Positions 40,703 to 51,128 of a stretch of 64,000 bases of DNA are shown here, piece after piece. A model generated the notes under the pieces. The model saw only the letters and a program-made list of their open reading frames with translations, did no database searches and was not told where the DNA came from. The stretch spans positions 41,937-105,936 of the forward strand of contig CAYGDW010000002.1 of NCBI GenBank assembly GCA_964348755.1. The letters run 5' to 3'. The position numbers and the translations under genes are program-made. The first letter of the stretch is position 1, and each line of letters starts with the position of its first letter. The DNA is from an uncultured Bacteroidales bacterium (GTDB lineage Bacteria; Bacteroidota; Bacteroidia; Bacteroidales; UBA7960).

Positions 40703-42325
40703 TTAGTAACCGGCAGCTTTGGCTTTTTCCTTGAATTTGTCGCGCATTCGCTTGTTTAGGGTTTGAATGCACTCTCGCCTGGGAATGATTACCGAAACCC
40801 CATTGTATTCAATCTCTTCTTTAAAAATCTGGAGGTTGTCTTCGTGGTGTTTGCGCAAAGGTTTAACCACCCTTATGTGCTCTTCTTCCACACCAAGTCC
40901 TTTGCAAATTTCTTCAATTTTGCCAAAGGCCGATGAGGGTTGCCCGCCGGTCATTCCGGTGGTGGCATTGTCGAGAATAATTACTGTAATGCTTGATTTG
41001 TCGTTTACGGCATCCAGAAGGCCTGTCATACCCGAGTGTGTAAAAGTGCTGTCGCCAATAACTGCTACTGCTGGCACCAGGCCGGCGTCGGCAGCCCCTT
41101 TTGCCATTGTAATTGAGGCGCCCATATCCACACAGGTGTTTATTGACTCGTAAGGAGGCAGTGCGCTTAGGGTATAACAACCGATATCAGAAAAAACGCG
41201 GCCACGCGCATATTTTTCGAGGGCCTCGTTAAGTGCCACAAAGCTGTCGATATGCGGGCAGCCCTTGCAAAGCGAGGGAGGGCGCGGAGCCAGCAACTGC
41301 GGTATGCCAAGTGTTTCTTCCTGCACAAAACCAAGCCCAGCCCCCACAATGTTGGGATTAAGTTCGCCCGTGCGTTGAATGGTGCCATCCAGGCGGCCTT
41401 TTATGGGCTTTCCCAGATTAAGAAACCCCTTTATCATTTCTTCAACAAGCGGATATCCATCCTCGAGTACTAGCAGGCTATCGCATTCCTGGTAAATGCG
41501 GCGGATATGATTTTCTGGCAGCGGGTATTGCGCAACCTTTACTACCGGATAAGGTACCTTGCGGTCAGGATAGTTTTCCATAAGGTAATTGAAGGCAAGG
41601 CCACAGGCAATTATGCCCATGCTCTTGTTATTGCCCTCAAAATAAACATTGTAGGAGGATTGTTCCGATTCCACTAGAAACTTTGGTTGGATGTCAATCA
41701 GATTTTTGTATTGTTTGCGGGCAATGGCCGGAAGCAGTACAAACTGGCGCAGATTTTGGGGCAAACCCACCTTATTCTGTTCGCGCGATGGCTTACGAAC
41801 CACCCCTGCACGCGAGTGTGCAAGCCGCGTTGTGATGCGGATCATTACAGGAATCTGAAATTTTTCCGAAAGGTCAAAGCCGTAATGTACCATGTCGTAG
41901 GCTTCCTGTTGGCTGCTGGGTTCCAGTATGGGGATCATGGCAAACTTTCCGTAAAAGCGTGAATCCTGCTCGTTTTGCGAAGAGTGCATTGAAGGGTCGT
42001 CGGCCACCAGAAAGATAATACCCCCATTTGCGCCGGTAATCGATGAGTTGATAAATGCATCGGCAGCTACATTAAGGCCTACGTGCTTCATACAGGTCAT
42101 TGTGCGACGGCCGGCATACGACATTCCAAGGGCGGCCTCGGCAGCAGTTTTTTCGTTGGCACACCAACTAGCAACAATGCCTTTTTGGTTTGCTTCGCGC
42201 GAGGTCCTCACGTATTCCGTAATCTCGGTAGAAGGGGTGCCAGGATAGGCATAAATGCCCGACATACCTGCATCGATGCCAGCCTGGGCTATGGCCTCAT
42301 CACCCAATAACAACATTTTTTGCAT
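40703..42325 (-). CDS. iorA: indolepyruvate:ferredoxin oxidoreductase subunit alpha (TPP enzyme)
   Basis: LLGDEAIAQAGIDAGMSGIYAYPGTPSTEI...GDSTFTHSGMTGL TPP-binding region, adjacent to iorB. Confidence 0.85.
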   Translation of the reverse strand: MQKMLLLGDEAIAQAGIDAGMSGIYAYPGTPSTEITEYVRTSREANQKGIVASWCANEKTAAEAALGMSYAGRRTMTCMKHVGLNVAADAFINSSITGANGGIIFLVADDPSMHSSQNEQDSRFYGKFAMIPILEPSSQQEAYDMVHYGFDLSEKFQIPVMIRITTRLAHSRAGVVRKPSREQNKVGLPQNLRQFVLLPAIARKQYKNLIDIQPKFLVESEQSSYNVYFEGNNKSMGIIACGLAFNYLMENYPDRKVPYPVVKVAQYPLPENHIRRIYQECDSLLVLEDGYPLVEEMIKGFLNLGKPIKGRLDGTIQRTGELNPNIVGAGLGFVQEETLGIPQLLAPRPPSLCKGCPHIDSFVALNEALEKYARGRVFSDIGCYTLSALPPYESINTCVDMGASITMAKGAADAGLVPAVAVIGDSTFTHSGMTGLLDAVNDKSSITVIILDNATTGMTGGQPSSAFGKIEEICKGLGVEEEHIRVVKPLRKHHEDNLQIFKEEIEYNGVSVIIPRRECIQTLNKRMRDKFKEKAKAAGY

Positions 42326-42504
42326 AAAATCAGGTTTTTTATTTTTTTTGGATTAATTTTTGTTAAGGCACAAAACTAAGTAAAAAAAATGCATCGGTTT
42401 TGAAATCTTTCTTCGATTTGACAAAACATTTGCCCCATCATTAAGTTATACAGTTATACAATGCATTTAATTGCACAACCATTCAATTTCGTGCTTTTTT
42501 GCTG

Positions 42505-43125
42505 ATGAATTTTTTGGCCCACATATACCTGTCAGGCGCAAGCGAAGATATTTTGCTTGGCAATTTTATTGCCGATATGGTCAAAGGGCGGCAAATTGAA
42601 AATTTTCACCAGGGCATTGTAGAGGGCATAATGCTGCACCGAAAAATAGACACCTTTACTGACACCCATCCAATTGTTGACCAGAGCAAAATGAGGTTGC
42701 GCAACAAATACAGGCTTTACTCGGGCGTGGTGGTCGATATGTTTTACGATCATTACCTTGCCCGCAACTGGACCGAATACTCGCGCCACTCACTTACCCG
42801 TTTTGTAAAAGAGGCCTACCACGTACTATTGAAAAACTATTTTCTACTTCCTATAAGGGCCAAAAACGTGCTGCCTTACATGGTATCTATGAACTGGCTG
42901 GTTAATTATGGCGACCCCAACCGCCTGAAAAGGCATTTTGAGGGCATGGCCATGCGCACCCCATTTAAGTCGGGTATGGAAAATGCCGTAGAGGACCTTT
43001 TACTACATTACGATGAATTTGAGAACGAATTCCGGACATTTTTTCCCGAACTTATTTCTTATGTTGAAAAGCAAGGAATCTCGCATACCCATCATGAAAA
43101 TGGCGGAATTAACGCTAAATATTAG
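42505..43125 (+). CDS. acpH: acyl carrier protein phosphodiesterase
   Basis: MNFLAHIYLSGASEDILLGNFIADMVKG is the AcpH N-terminal signature. ATG at 42505. Confidence 0.75.
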   Translation: MNFLAHIYLSGASEDILLGNFIADMVKGRQIENFHQGIVEGIMLHRKIDTFTDTHPIVDQSKMRLRNKYRLYSGVVVDMFYDHYLARNWTEYSRHSLTRFVKEAYHVLLKNYFLLPIRAKNVLPYMVSMNWLVNYGDPNRLKRHFEGMAMRTPFKSGMENAVEDLLLHYDEFENEFRTFFPELISYVEKQGISHTHHENGGINAKY

Positions 43126-43159
43126 TTACCGGTTTTCAAATCATTTTTACCCGAAACAG

Positions 43160-43507
43160 TTAATCGGCTTGTTTCAATCCCTCTTTCAGGTTTAAAAGGA
43201 AATCCCGAAGTTTATCAAGGGTTTTTACTATTTCAAAATCGCGCTGCACCTCGTTGGGGTTGGTTTTGAGTTTTTCGCGTGCGCCTTGCAATGTAAATCC
43301 TCTCTCTTTTACAAGGTGGTATATAAGGTGAAAGTTATCCACATCTTTGGGAGTAAAATACCTGTTCCCTTTTTTATTCTTGTGAGGTTTAATTATATCA
43401 AACTCTTTTTCCCAAAAACGAATCAGCGAAGGGTTTACATTAAACATACGCGCCACCTGGCTGATTGAATAATAAACTCTTTCGGGTTGGTGCTCGGTTT
43501 TGCGCAT
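43160..43507 (-). CDS. MerR family transcriptional regulator
   Basis: YYSISQVARMFNVNPSLIRFWEKEFDIIKPHKNKKGNRYFTPKDV (MerR HTH). Confidence 0.8.
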   Translation of the reverse strand: MRKTEHQPERVYYSISQVARMFNVNPSLIRFWEKEFDIIKPHKNKKGNRYFTPKDVDNFHLIYHLVKERGFTLQGAREKLKTNPNEVQRDFEIVKTLDKLRDFLLNLKEGLKQAD

Positions 43508-43569
43508 GGTTGTGGATGATTTTACCGATAAAATTAATCATTCCTGTTTTTAAGTTATTGAAAAGGCAT

Positions 43570-43596
43570 AAAAAAAAGGCCCCGATGCGGGGCCTG
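43570..43596 (-). terminator. rho-independent terminator after the M23 peptidase gene
   Basis: ggccccg-atg-cggggcc, with an 8-nt A-run on the plus strand (T-run on the minus strand). Confidence 0.7.
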
Positions 43597-43614
43597 CCTG
43601 TTTTTGGCATTTTT

Positions 43615-44586
43615 TTATGAAAGCGACTGGTTAACGCGTGAAGCCAGTTCAATAATATGTTCAAACTCTTCAGGGGTAAGGTCGTTAAAGAAGTAGTTGA
43701 CCGGGTTAACTTTTTTTCCGTTTCTAACCACTTCGTAGTGCAGGTGTGGTGCAGTAGAAAGACCTGTGTTTCCTACCAGCCCAAGTACTTCGCCTCTTTT
43801 TACTACCTGACCGGGTCTTACATTTACCTTGCTAAGGTGTGCATAAATGGTTACATAACCATATCCGTGGTCAACTTCAACCATAAGGCCGTAGCCGGTA
43901 TTGTCGCGAGAGGCCTTGATTACCCTGCCGTTTCCCGTGGCATAAATGGGTGTTCCGGGGGGTGCGGTAAAATCAACTCCTGTATGCATTCGCAGGGTTT
44001 TGTATATTGGATGAATGCGGTAACCGAAACCCGACACAAGGCGCTCAGTCCCTTTAGCAATAGGTACAATTGCCGGAATGGAAGCCAGCATGTCAGCCTT
44101 GTTTTTGGCCATATCAAACACTTCATCGTACGAGCGCGATTGAACATAAAGTTGGCGCGAAATGCGGTCAATGCGCTGCATGGTTGAGGAAATCAGTTCG
44201 CTGTTATCAAAACCTTCGAGGTGGCTGTAGCGGTCGGCGCCACCAAAGGCAGCCTCACGAACAGTGCGCGGTATAGGCTCTGCCTCAAAAATAACCCGGT
44301 AAATATGATCATCGCGCTCCTCTATGTCTCTCAATACCGAAGTAATGATCTCAAGACGGTCGTTAATAATTTGATGTTGAGTTTTGTATTGCTCAATCTC
44401 GCGGCGAAGCATTTTTTCTTTCGGGGAGTCAAAAAAGGTATAACCTATGCTGAGAACTATAACTGAGAAAACCATCCCGGCCAAAACAATCCTCAAAAAA
44501 ACTTTGAACCTATCCCAAAAAGTTACGTGAATCTTTTCAATCGCTAGTGATTTGGTATTGAAATGATACTTTACTTTTTTACCCAT
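43615..44586 (-). CDS. M23 family metallopeptidase (membrane-anchored)
   Basis: N-terminal TM segment. HTGVDFTAPPGTPIYA and GNTGLSTAPHLHYEV (LytM/M23 motifs). Confidence 0.88.
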   Translation of the reverse strand: MGKKVKYHFNTKSLAIEKIHVTFWDRFKVFLRIVLAGMVFSVIVLSIGYTFFDSPKEKMLRREIEQYKTQHQIINDRLEIITSVLRDIEERDDHIYRVIFEAEPIPRTVREAAFGGADRYSHLEGFDNSELISSTMQRIDRISRQLYVQSRSYDEVFDMAKNKADMLASIPAIVPIAKGTERLVSGFGYRIHPIYKTLRMHTGVDFTAPPGTPIYATGNGRVIKASRDNTGYGLMVEVDHGYGYVTIYAHLSKVNVRPGQVVKRGEVLGLVGNTGLSTAPHLHYEVVRNGKKVNPVNYFFNDLTPEEFEHIIELASRVNQSLS

Positions 44587-44766
44587 ATAACGTGGAATTT
44601 GATCTATCTTGCTGTAATTTTATAAAACAGGGTGCGTCAATTTTATTTGCTTGTTTTTGGCCAGGCCAAAAACCGGGGTGCTGCAAAACTAAGGAAAAAT
44701 AAATTAATTTTGCGGTTTATTATTCAAAAAAAATCTAAAAATTTCAATAAAACAGGCTCATTATCA

Positions 44767-47385
44767 ATGAACTCCAATAAGATTCGTGAGGAATTTCTTC
44801 GTTTTTTTGCTTCAAAACAACACCTAGTCGTTAATTCGGCTCCAATGGTCGTAAAAAATGACCCTACCCTCATGTTTACCAATGCCGGTATGAACCAATT
44901 CAAGGATATATTTCTTGGAAACATTCCGGCCACACACAGCCGCATTGCCAACACCCAAAAATGCCTTCGGGTTTCGGGCAAGCACAACGATTTGGAAGAG
45001 GTAGGCCATGACACTTACCACCATACTATGTTCGAAATGCTTGGCAACTGGAGTTTTGGCAATTATTTCAAAAAGGAAGCCATTGAATGGGCCTGGGAGT
45101 TGCTTACCGGGGTTTACGGGCTGCAAAAAGATCGCTTGTACGTTACCGTTTTTGGCGGCGACAATGCTGATGGATTAGAACCTGATAATGAGGCGCTTGA
45201 ATTTTGGAAAGAATACATAGACCAGGATCGTATTCTTTACGGTTCAAAAAAAGATAATTTTTGGGAAATGGGCGATAGTGGGCCCTGTGGACCTTGTTCC
45301 GAAATTCATATTGACCTTCGCACCGATGCTGAACGATGGATTGAAGATGGCAAAGCCCTTGTTAATAATAATCACCCTCAGGTAGTCGAAATATGGAACC
45401 TGGTTTTTATACAGTTTAACCGAATGAGCAATGGGCAACTCAAACCACTTCCGGCCAAACACGTGGATACCGGCATGGGCTTTGAGCGACTTTGTATGGC
45501 CTTGCAGGGGAAAAAGTCGAATTACGATACCGATGTGTTTCAGCCTTACATTCAGAAACTTTCTGAAATGGCCGGCATTGCTTATGGAAGCGCAAAAATG
45601 GCAGATGTGGCCATGCGTGTGGTATCTGATCACTTAAGGGCTGTTGCCTTTGCTATTGCCGATGGAGAGCTGCCATCGAACAACAAGGCTGGCTACGTTA
45701 TACGCCGTATTTTGCGCAGGGCAATACGCTACGGTTATACATTTCTCAACTTCCGCGAGCCATTTGTGCATAAGCTTGTGCCTGTTATGGTTGAAAATAT
45801 GGGCAAAGCGTTTCCTGAACTGCCAGCTCAACAAGACCTTATCCGGCGGGTTATTGCCGAGGAAGAGAGTTCCTTTTTGCGGACACTTTCATTAGGGATT
45901 CACAAGTTTGAGCAATACCTTGCTGCGCATCCGCAAAAAATGATAATTGATGGGCATTTTGCTTTTGAATTGTTCGACACTTACGGTTTTCCGATAGACC
46001 TGACTTGCCTTATGGCCCGCGAGCAAAACTGGGATGTAGATATGGAAGGCTTTGCCCAGGGCATGGAGGCCCAAAAAACCAGAAGCCGGGCTGCTGCCGC
46101 TACCGAAACCACCGACTGGGTTGAGCTTACCCCGGGTTCTTCCGAAACCCGTTTTTTGGGCTACGATAAACTTGAAGCCAATGTTGAACTTGTAAAATAC
46201 CGGAAGGTTAGCAGCAAGGGTAAAACTTATTATCAGCTTGTTTTGGATTCAACCCCTTTTTATGCCGAGTCGGGCGGTCAGGTTGGCGATCGTGGTGTGC
46301 TTGAATCGGGTGAGATTGAGATACAAATTATTGACACGCAGAAAGAAAACAATCTGGTGGTTCATATTGCTGAAAAAATTCCGCATCCAATGCCCTTGCA
46401 GTTCGTTGCCCGCGTTGATGCCAAAAAACGCATGCTAACAGCCAATAACCACACTGCAACCCACCTGCTGCATGCCGCTTTGCGCCAGGTACTGGGCAAT
46501 CATGTGCAACAAAAAGGTTCGCTGGTAAATGAAGAGCGCCTGCGGTTTGACTTTTCGCACTTTGCCCGCCTTACACCCGAAGAAATTGAAAGGATAGAGC
46601 GAATTGTTAATGCCAGAATACGCGAAAATATTGAACAGGAAGAGCATCGCGAACTTGAAATGGAAAAGGCACAGGGTATGGGTGCCGTTGCCCTGTTTGG
46701 CGAAAAGTATTGCGACAAAGTCAGGGTGATTGCTTTTGACAACCAATTCTCTACCGAACTTTGTGGCGGCACACACGTACATTCAACCGGCCAGATCGGG
46801 CTGTTTCGCATAGTGTCAGAAGGCGCAATTGCCGCTGGCATCAGAAGGGTAGAAGCCTTAACCGGGCTGGATGCCGAGAACTGGGTAAACCAGAAAATAA
46901 ATGAACTCGCATTGGTTAAAGCCCTGCTTAAAAGCCCCAGAGATACCAAACAGGCAATAGAAAATTTGCTTGAACAGAACGAAGCTCTGCGCAAAAAAAT
47001 CGACCTCGTTCAAAAAGAACAGGCTGGCAAAATGGTTGATGAATTGGTTTCAACCATTGAAATTTTTGGAAATGTGAACTTTATTGGCCGTGTGCTCGAA
47101 ATGGACGCCAAAATGGCCAAAGACCTAGCCTATGCTGTAAAGGACAAAGTGAACAATCTATTGATGGTGCTTGGTCATGTTTCTGAAGGCAAACCTGGTC
47201 TGGTGGTTATGATTTCTGAAAACCTGGGCAAGGAGCTAGGGCTCGATGCGGCAAACCTGGTTCGAACCCTTTCCGCACATATTAAGGGAGGTGGAGGTGG
47301 CCAGCCGTTTTTTGCCACCGCTGGCGGAAAAGATATCAAAGGGCTTGATAAAGCCATTTCTGAAGCCAGGAAGATGCTGGTATAA
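44767..47385 (+). CDS. alaS: alanine--tRNA ligase
   Basis: MNSNKIREEFLRFFASKQH...FTNAGMNQFK...HHTMFEMLGNWSFGDYFK-like. ATG at 44767 (the ORF-track start at 44632 is an unlikely extension). Confidence 0.97.
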   Translation: MNSNKIREEFLRFFASKQHLVVNSAPMVVKNDPTLMFTNAGMNQFKDIFLGNIPATHSRIANTQKCLRVSGKHNDLEEVGHDTYHHTMFEMLGNWSFGNYFKKEAIEWAWELLTGVYGLQKDRLYVTVFGGDNADGLEPDNEALEFWKEYIDQDRILYGSKKDNFWEMGDSGPCGPCSEIHIDLRTDAERWIEDGKALVNNNHPQVVEIWNLVFIQFNRMSNGQLKPLPAKHVDTGMGFERLCMALQGKKSNYDTDVFQPYIQKLSEMAGIAYGSAKMADVAMRVVSDHLRAVAFAIADGELPSNNKAGYVIRRILRRAIRYGYTFLNFREPFVHKLVPVMVENMGKAFPELPAQQDLIRRVIAEEESSFLRTLSLGIHKFEQYLAAHPQKMIIDGHFAFELFDTYGFPIDLTCLMAREQNWDVDMEGFAQGMEAQKTRSRAAAATETTDWVELTPGSSETRFLGYDKLEANVELVKYRKVSSKGKTYYQLVLDSTPFYAESGGQVGDRGVLESGEIEIQIIDTQKENNLVVHIAEKIPHPMPLQFVARVDAKKRMLTANNHTATHLLHAALRQVLGNHVQQKGSLVNEERLRFDFSHFARLTPEEIERIERIVNARIRENIEQEEHRELEMEKAQGMGAVALFGEKYCDKVRVIAFDNQFSTELCGGTHVHSTGQIGLFRIVSEGAIAAGIRRVEALTGLDAENWVNQKINELALVKALLKSPRDTKQAIENLLEQNEALRKKIDLVQKEQAGKMVDELVSTIEIFGNVNFIGRVLEMDAKMAKDLAYAVKDKVNNLLMVLGHVSEGKPGLVVMISENLGKELGLDAANLVRTLSAHIKGGGGGQPFFATAGGKDIKGLDKAISEARKMLV

Positions 47386-47389
47386 TTTT

Positions 47390-50284
47390 TCAATAATCCC
47401 TGTGGCTTTCAAAGCGCCCGCAAAGTGCCTGAAATGGGCAATATTTGCAGTTTTCCCGTTTCTCGGTTTGCGTAAAAGGATGACAAAAATCCATTATCCT
47501 GACCAAAAGCTTTTTCAGTTGTACCTCGAAAACCTGTTGGCTATCGGCCGTTACATTTGATGAGGGTTCTTTAACCGCCGATTTTAATAAACCTGCCTTC
47601 AGGTTACGCATTGAAAAAATGCCTGATTCAACATCGTTTGCTGTTGGGTGTGCCTTCCGAAAAAGCCATGTATATGCCTGTAACTGAAAAGCCTTATCAT
47701 ATTTGGACTCCTCAGTTATCTTATCAAACTCGTCAACTTTAAGGTCTTCCAATTTAACCTTTCCGGTTTTGTAATCTATTACCCTGGTTATACTCCCTAA
47801 TTTGTCAATCCGGTCGGCTTTCCCAGTAATCGTTACATTTATCTCATTTCCGTTTGCTTCAATAATAACATTTGCCGTAAGGGTTGCCTCCGTAGCAATC
47901 ATTGTCAAAAACAGATTTAGACTTTGGTCTTTGACGATCAGATCAGATTCTGTTTTCAGAAAGTTTTCAATATAGCGTTTTGCCAGGCTAAACTGCAATA
48001 GGTTCTTTCCGTTGTTAATATCGCCATCGGGGTAATGTGTTTTGAAACGGCTCATGGTTGCCTCATGAACCTGCTGATGCATAGTGCCGATATCTTCGGG
48101 TTTTAGCACTCGATGGATGAAAGGTTGGTAGAGGTCTTCGAGCACCCCGTGCACCACACTGCCAAGTGTGCTTGCTTCAATGGTTTCTTCAACCTCTTCG
48201 GCCTGGCGTAGCCGGGCCACTTTTTCAAGGTAAAATTTCAGAGGGCAACTGATAAAAGTGTTGAGCGAAGATGGCGAAAAACCAGATTTAGCCATTTGGA
48301 GCAGCCGCTCCTGAATCTCGGCTGTCTTTTCAATTGAAATGCCTGGCTTAGAGGTTTTTATGGCCGGTTGCATACTTACCAGCTCGTGGCCAAGGTTTAT
48401 GGCAGGGTTAAAAGCCGCAAGTTCGTGCTGTATTTGGGTTATAAACCTGCTCACTTCGCCGCTTCCCATACCTCCTGATTCGGTGTTGTAAATTAGGTAA
48501 ATGTTTTTGGCCCGCTGCAACAGTCTGTAAAAATGAAATGCAAATACTGCATCCTGGTCTGAGTGTAGTTGCAATCCAAACTTGCGTTTAATATCAAAAG
48601 GGATAAAAGAATTATTGTTTTTTGCCCTGGGTAGCACACCTTCGTTTGCCGAAATTAAAATTATGTTTTTAAAATCGAGGTTTCGGGTTTCCAGCACGCC
48701 CATAACCTGCAGTCCTTCGAGTGGTTCTCCAGAAAAAGCCAGGCGGGTTTCGGCCACACTTTGTTTAAAAATTTGCCATAGGGTGCTTATTTTGCTGATG
48801 GCCTTGTGGCTACCCATGAGCAATTCGAGGCGCGAAAAAATGCGGCCAATATAATAAAGCGACTCAAAATCTATAAAATATGGGCTTTGTTGCAACGAAA
48901 TTTGATCTGCGGCTACTTTTTGCCTGAAGGCTTGGTCGAGACTGTCGCATAAATGCTTAAAAACCGGAATAATCTGATTAATTTGCCCCGACAGGTTATT
49001 ACTAAGAAAATTAAACCTACTCGAAAAATCAGAATTTCCACTTGCAATAGATTCCAGGTCGTTGAAACAGTAAAAACTTTTGTTGGAGAGGCTAATGCTT
49101 TGTATTATCCTGTTTGCTGATTCTTCGCCCTGGTAAGTACCCAACAACCTGGAGGCACACGGGTTCGAAAAAAACCGTATAAGGTCTTTGTAGTAAAATG
49201 AAGGATTTTTTTGATCGTTAGTTTTTTTTAGGCGTTCGGCCGTGAGGTAAAGTTGCATTATGGCTTCGAAAAAACCATAAAGATTTGTTTTGGCCAGCGG
49301 ATAACCCATAGTTACATTTACAGAGTTTGCGGCTTCTGGAAGCGCATTTAGTACCGGAACCAAAAGGTTTTCGTTGGCCAGCACCACTGCAGTTTGTTCA
49401 TCCAGGCTTAGTTCCCCATTATTATCAAGTATATTGCCGGCCAGTTGAGCCTGTGGCAGGTTTCGGGCAATACCCATCACTTTTATTGTTTTAGAACTGG
49501 CAAACAGCGATGGCCTAACCTCTGTTTTTTTTATCCATTTTGCCCGATATTTTCGTATAAAAAGGCCTGCTTCATGTTCGGGATTGTTTTCGTAGTAGGG
49601 GTCTGAATCGCAAATATACTCTGCAATACCAGCATTTATCAAGCAACTTACAATGCTTTCTTCGGCCTGGTTTAGGGCGTTGAAGCCTGCAAAAATCACT
49701 TTCTCCCATTCAGGAGTGAGGGGGTCGCTTTTGAGTTTATCGGCTGCCTTGCGATACGACATACCCTGGTAAGCCAGGTTTTTGCCTTCGAGATACTGTT
49801 TAAGGGCGTTATGCCAGGTTGCAAATTTTTTGAAAAAATCGAGGTAGTTTTGTTGAAACGCCGTAGGCTGTATATCCTCCGGATTCCATGTTTCAATACG
49901 TTTTGCATCATGTAGATAGGCAAAAAGGGCTGAAGGGTTTTCGAGGGCCGAATCAATTTCGTCGAAATCGCGCAAAAGCACGCTCCCCCATTGCAAGAAC
50001 TCATCAATGCTATCGGCTTTTCCCTTTTCTAAATTGCTGTAAACCTCATAAAACTGAAAAAGCAGGCTAAGGTTATCGGCAACTTTGCAGCCGCTAATCC
50101 GGTTTGCAAAATCTTCGATGCTAAGAAAGGAAGGTGCCCAGCAGGTTTCTTTTACTTTTAATGAAAAATGTTTTCGTAAAAAAAGACCCGCACGCCGGTT
50201 AGGGGTTACAATACAAATATTGCCAATATTATTCGCATATTTTTCGAGAACATAGGCTGCTACTTCATCAAGAAAACTATTCAT
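47390..50284 (-). CDS. PD-(D/E)XK nuclease family protein, AddB/RexB-like
   Basis: 964 aa. The C-terminal nuclease region has DRIDKL...VIDYKTGK and a terminal Cys cluster (CHPFTQTEKRENCKYCPFQALC), typical of the AddB/Cas4-type Fe-S nuclease domain. Confidence 0.65.
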   Translation of the reverse strand: MNSFLDEVAAYVLEKYANNIGNICIVTPNRRAGLFLRKHFSLKVKETCWAPSFLSIEDFANRISGCKVADNLSLLFQFYEVYSNLEKGKADSIDEFLQWGSVLLRDFDEIDSALENPSALFAYLHDAKRIETWNPEDIQPTAFQQNYLDFFKKFATWHNALKQYLEGKNLAYQGMSYRKAADKLKSDPLTPEWEKVIFAGFNALNQAEESIVSCLINAGIAEYICDSDPYYENNPEHEAGLFIRKYRAKWIKKTEVRPSLFASSKTIKVMGIARNLPQAQLAGNILDNNGELSLDEQTAVVLANENLLVPVLNALPEAANSVNVTMGYPLAKTNLYGFFEAIMQLYLTAERLKKTNDQKNPSFYYKDLIRFFSNPCASRLLGTYQGEESANRIIQSISLSNKSFYCFNDLESIASGNSDFSSRFNFLSNNLSGQINQIIPVFKHLCDSLDQAFRQKVAADQISLQQSPYFIDFESLYYIGRIFSRLELLMGSHKAISKISTLWQIFKQSVAETRLAFSGEPLEGLQVMGVLETRNLDFKNIILISANEGVLPRAKNNNSFIPFDIKRKFGLQLHSDQDAVFAFHFYRLLQRAKNIYLIYNTESGGMGSGEVSRFITQIQHELAAFNPAINLGHELVSMQPAIKTSKPGISIEKTAEIQERLLQMAKSGFSPSSLNTFISCPLKFYLEKVARLRQAEEVEETIEASTLGSVVHGVLEDLYQPFIHRVLKPEDIGTMHQQVHEATMSRFKTHYPDGDINNGKNLLQFSLAKRYIENFLKTESDLIVKDQSLNLFLTMIATEATLTANVIIEANGNEINVTITGKADRIDKLGSITRVIDYKTGKVKLEDLKVDEFDKITEESKYDKAFQLQAYTWLFRKAHPTANDVESGIFSMRNLKAGLLKSAVKEPSSNVTADSQQVFEVQLKKLLVRIMDFCHPFTQTEKRENCKYCPFQALCGRFESHRDY

Positions 50285-50363
50285 TGGATATAAAAGTTTG
50301 ATTCGGAAAATTACACAGTTTTCCTAAACCTTTTCAAAAATCCAGAAAAACCTTGCGGGTTTA

Positions 50364-51101
50364 TCAAAATATTTCGGGGTGTTTGAGAATTAGTTTACGG
50401 GCGGTTTCCAACTTTTCGGGTGTGCCAATATCGGCCCAGTTTTCGGCACTGTGTTCAAAAGAAATTACTTTGTGGTTTTTTGCCAGCCTTAAATACAAAT
50501 TATTGATACCGAAAACTCCCCTTTCGGTTATTAGGTTGAGCAATTGTTGATCGATAACATGAATTCCACTAAAGGCCATTTTTTGAAGTGGCTGGCTTAT
50601 GGATGACCTGCAAAAAATTTTTTGTCCGGTTTGCGAGTTCTCCCAGCCGGCAAGTTGCCCTTTATCGAACAAAAAGTAACGACTTGTCGTTCGGCGGGTT
50701 ACTGCCAGCGTTGCAAGGGCTTTTGTTTCGAGGTGGTGTTTTACCATGGCCCCAAGGTCAATGTCCGACAAAACATCAACATTATGCAGTATTACCGGTT
50801 CGGGTCCTTCCAGCATTTTTTTGGCTTTTAGCAGCCCGCCACCGGTGTCGAGCAACAGGTCCGATTCGTCGGAAACAATTAATTCAACCCCAGGAAAATT
50901 TAAGTCTGAAATGAATTTTTTTAGTATTTCGTTATGGTGATGCACATTAACCACAATAGTTGATACCCCAAACCTGATGAGTTTTTGGGCTACCAGCTCG
51001 AGCATTGTTTTTGGGCCGGGTTTTACAAGCGCCTTGGGCGTATGGTGGCTGATGGGTTGCAGTCGCTTGCCAATACCCGCGGCAAAAATCATGGCTTTCA
51101 T
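50364..51101 (-). CDS. sugar-phosphate nucleotidyltransferase, MurU-like
   Basis: MKAMIFAAGIGKRLQPISHHTPKALV (the G-x-G-x-R-L nucleotidyltransferase loop). Operon partner of an AmgK-like kinase. Confidence 0.7.
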   Translation of the reverse strand: MKAMIFAAGIGKRLQPISHHTPKALVKPGPKTMLELVAQKLIRFGVSTIVVNVHHHNEILKKFISDLNFPGVELIVSDESDLLLDTGGGLLKAKKMLEGPEPVILHNVDVLSDIDLGAMVKHHLETKALATLAVTRRTTSRYFLFDKGQLAGWENSQTGQKIFCRSSISQPLQKMAFSGIHVIDQQLLNLITERGVFGINNLYLRLAKNHKVISFEHSAENWADIGTPEKLETARKLILKHPEIF

Positions 51102-51128
51102 GCTGAAAAAATTAAGGCATTCAAAATT

